Source: Clostridium thermobutyricum (GTDB lineage Bacteria; Bacillota; Clostridia; Ch29). From it: a stretch of 64,000 nucleotides of DNA. The position numbers were made by a program, and so were the translations under genes. Each line of letters begins with the position of its first letter. Position 1 is the stretch's first letter. Positions 60,679-64,000 of this stretch are shown here, piece after piece. Below the pieces are notes generated by a model. It was not told the DNA's origin and ran no database searches. It saw only the letters and a program-made list of their open reading frames with translations. The stretch covers positions 25,664 through 89,663 of the forward strand of contig JAENYX010000007.1 in the NCBI GenBank assembly GCA_016841565.1, in the 5' to 3' direction.

Positions 60679-60876
60679 ATGCAGGGTAAAGTAAAATGGT
60701 TCAATGCCGAGAAAGGCTTTGGCTTTATCGAATCTAACGATGGCGGAGACGTTTTTGTTCATTTTTCTGCTATCCAGGATGAAGGGTTTAAGACCCTGGA
60801 AGAAGGTCAGAGCGTTGAATTTGACGTAGTCGAAGGCAACCGCGGCCCTCAAGCGGCAAACGTAGTTCGCCTGTAG
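60679..60876 (+). CDS. Cold-shock protein (CspA family)
   Basis: [18 protein letters not shown], including the RNP1 motif. Confidence 0.95.
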   Translation: MQGKVKWFNAEKGFGFIESNDGGDVFVHFSAIQDEGFKTLEEGQSVEFDVVEGNRGPQAANVVRL

Positions 60877-60899
60877 GATACTATAAAGTATTAAGGAAT

Positions 60900-60935
60900 G
60901 GGCATTTCTGTGATACCGGAAATGCCCTTATTTCG
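60900..60935 (+). terminator. Rho-independent terminator after csp
   Basis: GGGCATTTC with a 10-nt loop, then GAAATGCCC followed by TTATTTCG. Confidence 0.7.
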
Positions 60936-60992
60936 ATGTTATTAAGGAAACGAAAAAACTTAGGAAAGCAGCAAAAAGGAGAATTATATACA

Positions 60993-62426
60993 ATGGCAAC
61001 TTTTAACCAAATGGGATTAAGTAATCCCATAATACGGGCAACAGATAATATGGGATTTGAGGAAGCAACTCCAATCCAGGAAAAAACAATACCACTACTG
61101 ATGGAGGGCAGGGATGTCATAGGACAGGCTCAGACCGGCACCGGCAAAACCGCCGCCTTCGGTATTCCATTAATAGAAAAAATTGAAGCAGGGTCGAGGA
61201 CCATTGAAGGCCTTGTTATCACTCCCACCAGGGAATTAGCTGTCCAGGTGGCCGAGGAGATAAACAGAATTGGTCAGTTTAAAGGAATTCGCGCTTTGCC
61301 CATATACGGTGGACAGGATATTACACGTCAAATCAGGTCCTTAAGCAACAAGCCCCAGATAATAGTTGGGACTCCCGGTCGGCTAATGGACCATATGAGG
61401 AGAAAGACCGTCAGACTACAGCAGGTTAGAATGGTGGTTCTGGATGAAGCCGATGAGATGCTTAACATGGGATTTATTGAGGATATTGAGACCATACTGA
61501 AGCAGGTTCCTGGTGAAAGCCAGACCATGCTATTTTCGGCTACCATGCCCAGACCTATCCAGCAACTGGCCGGGCGGTTTATGAAACAGCCCGAGTTAAT
61601 CAGGACCAAAACCAAGGAAGCTACCCTTCCCAGCACTGAACAGTACTATATTGAGGTCCAGGACAGACAGAAATTTGATGTACTATGCAGGCTGCTGGAT
61701 ATGCAACCGCCCGAACTGTGCATAGTATTTGCCAGGACAAAGAGGCGGGTGGATGAGGTTTTTGAAGCTCTATGCAAAAGGGGCTATTTGGCCGAAGGGA
61801 TTCACAGTGATCTGACGCAGGCAAAGCGGAATGCAGTAATGCGCCGTTTTAGAGAGGGAACAATCGATATACTTGTGGCTACAGACGTTGCGGCCAGGGG
61901 ACTTGACATAACCGGGGTCACCCACGTATACAACTTTGACATTCCCCAGGATCCTGAGGGCTATGTTCATAGGATAGGACGTACCGGAAGGGCGGGTAAA
62001 ACAGGAGTAGCATTAACCTTAGTAACTCCTCGTGAATTGGGGCAGCTTAAACAAATTGAAAAGACCATTAACAGAAGAGTAGTCCGCAGGCCTGTTCCTA
62101 CCGTTAACGAAGCTATAGAGGGCCAGCAACAGCTGACAATAGACAAGCTGATGAAGGCGGCTGCCGAGGAAGATGTCGGCATATACAAAAAACTGGCAGA
62201 ACAGCTGCTGGATACTACAGACTCAGTTACACTGCTGTCGGCGGCACTGAAATTACTTACAAAGGAAATGGATACCACTCCGGTGACTCTGACCGAAGAG
62301 AGGGTCCAGCATACAAAAAAACAGTGGAGTAATAAACGCAAGCAACCGGCAGGACGGTATAATAAGAATAACTACAAGGGCGGCAAGAATTACAATAAAA
62401 AAAAGAGAGAGTACCAGAAGGTATAA
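60993..62426 (+). CDS. DEAD-box ATP-dependent RNA helicase (CshA-like) with basic C-terminal tail
   Basis: The Q-motif, Walker A AQTGTGKT, the DEAD box (VLDEADEM), SAT and HRIGRTGR motifs are all present. The start at MATFNQ follows an AAAGGAG RBS. Confidence 0.9.
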   Translation: MATFNQMGLSNPIIRATDNMGFEEATPIQEKTIPLLMEGRDVIGQAQTGTGKTAAFGIPLIEKIEAGSRTIEGLVITPTRELAVQVAEEINRIGQFKGIRALPIYGGQDITRQIRSLSNKPQIIVGTPGRLMDHMRRKTVRLQQVRMVVLDEADEMLNMGFIEDIETILKQVPGESQTMLFSATMPRPIQQLAGRFMKQPELIRTKTKEATLPSTEQYYIEVQDRQKFDVLCRLLDMQPPELCIVFARTKRRVDEVFEALCKRGYLAEGIHSDLTQAKRNAVMRRFREGTIDILVATDVAARGLDITGVTHVYNFDIPQDPEGYVHRIGRTGRAGKTGVALTLVTPRELGQLKQIEKTINRRVVRRPVPTVNEAIEGQQQLTIDKLMKAAAEEDVGIYKKLAEQLLDTTDSVTLLSAALKLLTKEMDTTPVTLTEERVQHTKKQWSNKRKQPAGRYNKNNYKGGKNYNKKKREYQKV

Positions 62427-62438
62427 TCCGGTATAACA

Positions 62439-62466
62439 GGGGGCGTCAGCCCCCATTACTTATTAT
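62439..62466 (+). terminator. Rho-independent terminator after the helicase gene
   Basis: GGGGGC-gtca-GCCCCC followed by ATTACTTATTAT. Confidence 0.6.
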
Positions 62467-62494
62467 AGGCGCCGATGCCTGACAGCCGGTTGTG

Positions 62495-62523
62495 TTGACA
62501 GAACGTGAATTCTTTTGTAAAAT
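62495..62523 (+). promoter_or_regulatory. Strong sigma-A promoter of the ABC-F gene leader
   Basis: TTGACA, a 17-nt spacer and TAAAAT. It lies about 240 nt upstream of the ABC-F start codon. Confidence 0.6.
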
Positions 62524-62736
62524 GAGTTTATAAAATATAGGAAAGGGTAAGAGTGAAGGGCAAATGAGGAAATAATCCTTATCGAACGGAAAATACCGTA
62601 TGAAGTTATCTGCTATGCACAGAGGGAATTGCCCCATGTGTGATGGTATTTTTATCTCTCGAGAGGATTACTGCCCGTTTATACAGCGATGTAAAATTAT
62701 TCGGCATTTCTTTTATGCCTTGTTAAAGGGTATGCA

Positions 62737-62768
62737 TCCTCTCCTTATTCGAAAGGGGCGGATTTTTT
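62737..62768 (+). terminator. Attenuator-like terminator hairpin ending in a U-tract directly abutting the ABC-F start codon
   Basis: CCTCTCC-ttattcgaaa-GGGGCGG (one mismatch, one G-U pair) followed by ATTTTTT and then ATG. The hairpin contains the GGGG Shine-Dalgarno. Confidence 0.4.
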
Positions 62769-64000
62769 ATGCTTATTTTGGAAGCAAAAGACCTGGTCAA
62801 GTATTATGCCGACCGGCAGATTTTTAAGATTGACCGTCTTACTATATTCGAGCAGGACAGAATAGGGCTGGTTGGATTAAACGGTGCGGGGAAAAGCACA
62901 CTGCTGGATGTGCTGACCGGAAGTATCCGGCCCGACCGGGGAACAGTCGAGGTGTCAGGCAGGCATGCTTATATAAGCCAACTAGACCGCTGCGGACAGT
63001 ATTCCGGCCAAACCCTCAGCGGCGGGGAGATAAGCAAGCGGAAGATTGAGCAGGTCTTTGCCAGGGACAGCACCATCCTGTTTGCCGATGAACCAACAGC
63101 AAGCCTGGACATGAATGGAATCCGGCAGTTTGAAAAAAGATTACAGGAATACAGGGGGGCAGTGGTTTTAGTCTCCCATGACCGTGAACTGCTTGACCGG
63201 ATCTGCAATGCAATCTATGAGATTGAAAGGGGCTGTCTCAAGCAATATAGGGGAAATTACAGTGCCTATCTCAGGCAGAAGGAGCATGAAAAGGCCAGAC
63301 AGCAGCAGGAATATGATGACTATATGAGGGACAAGAGGAAGCTGGAAAGGGCAATGGAAGATGTCAAGAGAAGGTCGGGCTCTATTAAAAAGACGCCTGC
63401 CAGGATGGGCAACTCGGAAGCCCGCCTGCATAAAATGGGGTCTCAGAAGGCAAAAGCAAATCTGGACAGGACGGTTAAGGCCTTATCGTCCCGGCTGGAG
63501 AGGCTGGCTGTAAAGGATAAGCCAAGGGATATGGACATATGCCGCCTGGAGTTCAAGGCATCCGCCAGGCTTCCCCGAAAGGCAATTATTACGGCAGAGA
63601 GCCTCAATAAGTCGTTTGGACAAAAGGTATTGCTGGAGGATACCGGGTTTCAGATATACCATCCTTCAAAGGTTGCTATATTGGGGGATAACGGCTGCGG
63701 CAAGACCACGCTGGTAAAAATGCTGGTTAACCGTCAAGACTGCATTTGGATATCGGGAAAGGTGAAGATGGGATACTATGCGCAGGACTGCAGCATTCTG
63801 GACCAGGACCAGACGGTAATTGATAATATGATGCAGGATGGTTATTATCCCGAGACCTTTGTAAGAACCGTTTTGGCAAGGCTGCTGTTTAAAGGCCGGG
63901 ACGTATACAAGAAAGTATCGGTGCTTAGCGGCGGCGAGAGAACCAGGGCTGCCCTTGCGAGGATTGTGCTTAGTGATGCCAACGTACTGGTTCTTGATGA
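62769..64000 (+). CDS. ABC-F family ATPase of the antibiotic-resistance (ARE: Vga/Lsa/Sal/VmlR-like) type, 3' end beyond window
   Basis: Two ABC domains lack TM segments: NBD1 has GLNGAGKST, LSGGE and ILFADEPT, and NBD2 has GDNGCGKTT and LSGGERTR. A long charged interdomain linker separates them. The gene runs off the window end, so it is absent from the ORF track. Confidence 0.8.
   Translation, partial: MLILEAKDLVKYYADRQIFKIDRLTIFEQDRIGLVGLNGAGKSTLLDVLTGSIRPDRGTVEVSGRHAYISQLDRCGQYSGQTLSGGEISKRKIEQVFARDSTILFADEPTASLDMNGIRQFEKRLQEYRGAVVLVSHDRELLDRICNAIYEIERGCLKQYRGNYSAYLRQKEHEKARQQQEYDDYMRDKRKLERAMEDVKRRSGSIKKTPARMGNSEARLHKMGSQKAKANLDRTVKALSSRLERLAVKDKPRDMDICRLEFKASARLPRKAIITAESLNKSFGQKVLLEDTGFQIYHPSKVAILGDNGCGKTTLVKMLVNRQDCIWISGKVKMGYYAQDCSILDQDQTVIDNMMQDGYYPETFVRTVLARLLFKGRDVYKKVSVLSGGERTRAALARIVLSDANVLVLD

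Noticed and set aside
62600-62827. A 75-aa ORF overlapping the ABC-F start
   Set aside because: It lies inside the structured leader, has no RBS or recognisable family, and crosses the attenuator hairpin. At most a short N-terminal part could act as a leader peptide.

Overview
This 64-kb window reads as the replication-origin-proximal, highly conserved region of a spore-forming Firmicutes (Clostridia-type) chromosome, running away from oriC. No oriC, dnaA, rRNA operon, CRISPR array, integrase, transposase or prophage is visible. The gene order is mnmG (5' end truncated by the window edge), rsmG, a noc-like parB paralogue, soj and spo0J, followed by two perfect parS sites that flank a phzF-like gene. 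The chromosome block continues with a cysteine desulfurase and several sporeformer core genes, among them DUF4446, a DagK-family lipid kinase, YkuS, yyaC, cvpA, a yedF plus DUF3343 pair, an MscS channel and DUF951. These are followed by rpsF-ssb-rpsR, yybS, gdpP, rplI, a LonC-like protease, the replicative helicase dnaB, purA and a tRNA-Lys-Asp-Thr operon. On the minus strand sit a DnaD-domain protein and a DnaI/DnaC-like helicase loader. Downstream is a run of extracytoplasmic peptidases (M1, LysM-G5-M23, S8, CapA, a HEXXH protein), then the cell-wall homeostasis locus walR-walK-(secreted ORF)-yycH-yycI-murA-yycJ-htrA-(CxxH/CxxC mini-protein)-rlmH. A minus-strand murein-peptide recycling operon follows (DUF819 transporter, M20 peptidase, L-Ala-D/L-Glu epimerase, NlpC/P60-SH3 endopeptidase). 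The window ends with two adjacent radical-SAM genes, topoisomerase III, a cold-shock protein plus DEAD-box helicase pair, and the 5' part of an ARE-type ABC-F gene that carries an attenuator-like leader. I could not identify a clear new multi-gene defence-type system. The most interesting content is regulatory DNA: the parS pair, a DnaA-box cluster downstream of dnaB, a WalR box in front of an unannotated secreted ORF, and the ABC-F leader. Beyond these there are a few uncharacterised gene pairs, chiefly the radical-SAM tandem and the YedF-DUF3343 pair with a long structured leader. All calls come from reading the sequence and from motif-level recognition. No database search was possible, so family names for DUF proteins are tentative.
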